Positions 58,143 to 58,584 of a stretch of 58,584 nt of DNA are shown in pieces. The notes beneath the pieces were generated by a model. That model saw nothing but the letters and a program-made list of their open reading frames with translations, did not search any database and had not been told where the DNA came from. Where the stretch lies: positions 1 to 58,584 of the forward strand of contig CAZFOO010000012.1 of the NCBI GenBank assembly GCA_964520585.1. Reading direction: 5' to 3'. This DNA comes from an uncultured Bacteroidales bacterium (lineage in GTDB: Bacteria > Bacteroidota > Bacteroidia > Bacteroidales > PUMT01). Each line of letters begins with the position of its first letter. Position 1 is the first letter of the stretch. The position numbers were made by a program, and so were the translations under genes.

Positions 58143-58584
58143 TTACGAAGTTCTTCCTGCCATATCTTTCAGCAGGCTGCGTACACTGCCGACCGAGTCT
58201 GTGTAATATTTTGCCTGAGTGGACTTTGTTCCTACCTTTATGGTGAGAGCATCTTCAGGCATTGCTCCAAAAGTATATTCGTCCGTCCAGTCATCCCCCA
58301 GCGCCATTATAAAGTCATACTCTCCCTTGCTTAGTTGCTGTCCGGCAGCTCTTCCTTTATTGATGCCGGAATTTTTCACTTCGATCACCTTGTCGCCGTC
58401 CATAATCTCCAGATTCAGGTTGGGTACCAGTTCCCGTAATTCATCCTTCAGCTCCCACGAACGTATCTCTCCAAGGTCTGGATCGGCATGACGGTAGTGC
58501 CATACCAGTGAATAGTTTTTCTCCTCCAGAAGGGACCTTGGCGTACGGTCAACATAAAATTTAATGATGGGGCGGATGATATCC
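58143..58584 (-). CDS. C-terminus of a trehalose-6-phosphate phosphatase domain, probably a bifunctional OtsA-OtsB; 5' end outside the window
   Basis: Frame open to the edge: VDRTPRSLLEEKNYSLVWHYRHADP...GDKVIEVK...NKG...ALGDDWTDEYTF. Confidence 0.85.
   Translation of the reverse strand, partial: DIIRPIIKFYVDRTPRSLLEEKNYSLVWHYRHADPDLGEIRSWELKDELRELVPNLNLEIMDGDKVIEVKNSGINKGRAAGQQLSKGEYDFIMALGDDWTDEYTFGAMPEDALTIKVGTKSTQAKYYTDSVGSVRSLLKDMAGRTS

Noticed and set aside
1294-58491. Numerous 60-170 aa ORFs antisense to or nested in the long genes (e.g. 22057-22548, 37720-38238, 55202-55579)
   Set aside because: They overlap well-supported genes and show no recognisable motifs; treated as shadow ORFs.

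Overview
Bacteroidota chromosome segment, inferred from TAnnTTTG promoter elements, T9SS C-terminal domains, fkp and GYDIA-type GHMP kinase; probably a free-living Bacteroidales/Marinilabiliales relative. About 0.5-39.6 kb is a large + strand Wzx/Wzy-dependent surface polysaccharide region. It has SLBB export protein, Wzz, Wzx, Wzy, eight glycosyltransferases, a pglC/D/E/F-type bacillosamine initiation set, fkp and wzi, and its core (about 3-31 kb) is visibly AT-richer than the rest. The most unusual part is a sub-cluster resembling actinomycete antibiotic-sugar pathways: NDP-hexose 2,3-dehydratase, 3-ketoreductase and 4-aminotransferase, joined to MaoC hydratase, CitE-like CoA-ester lyase, N-acyltransferase and a GT2. 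This predicts an N-acylated 4-amino-2,4,6-trideoxyhexose in a cell-surface glycan (inference). The locus also embeds an M14 zinc-peptidase lipoprotein, a T9SS-secreted PL1 lyase, a glutaminase-less Asn-synthetase-like ligase and a heparinase II/III-like protein. The remainder holds DUF3108, VanZ, SirB1-like, a stop-interrupted nucleoside phosphorylase, DUF4293, pyrBI, YigZ, a hydrolase, etfBA divergent from a mevalonate cluster plus MenA-like prenyltransferase, a cohesin/dockerin-like T9SS protein, a Schlafen/AlbA_2 protein and the 3' end of a trehalose-6-phosphate phosphatase domain gene. No rRNA, tRNA, CRISPR array or transposase was recognised. All product calls come from motif recognition by eye; no database search was run.
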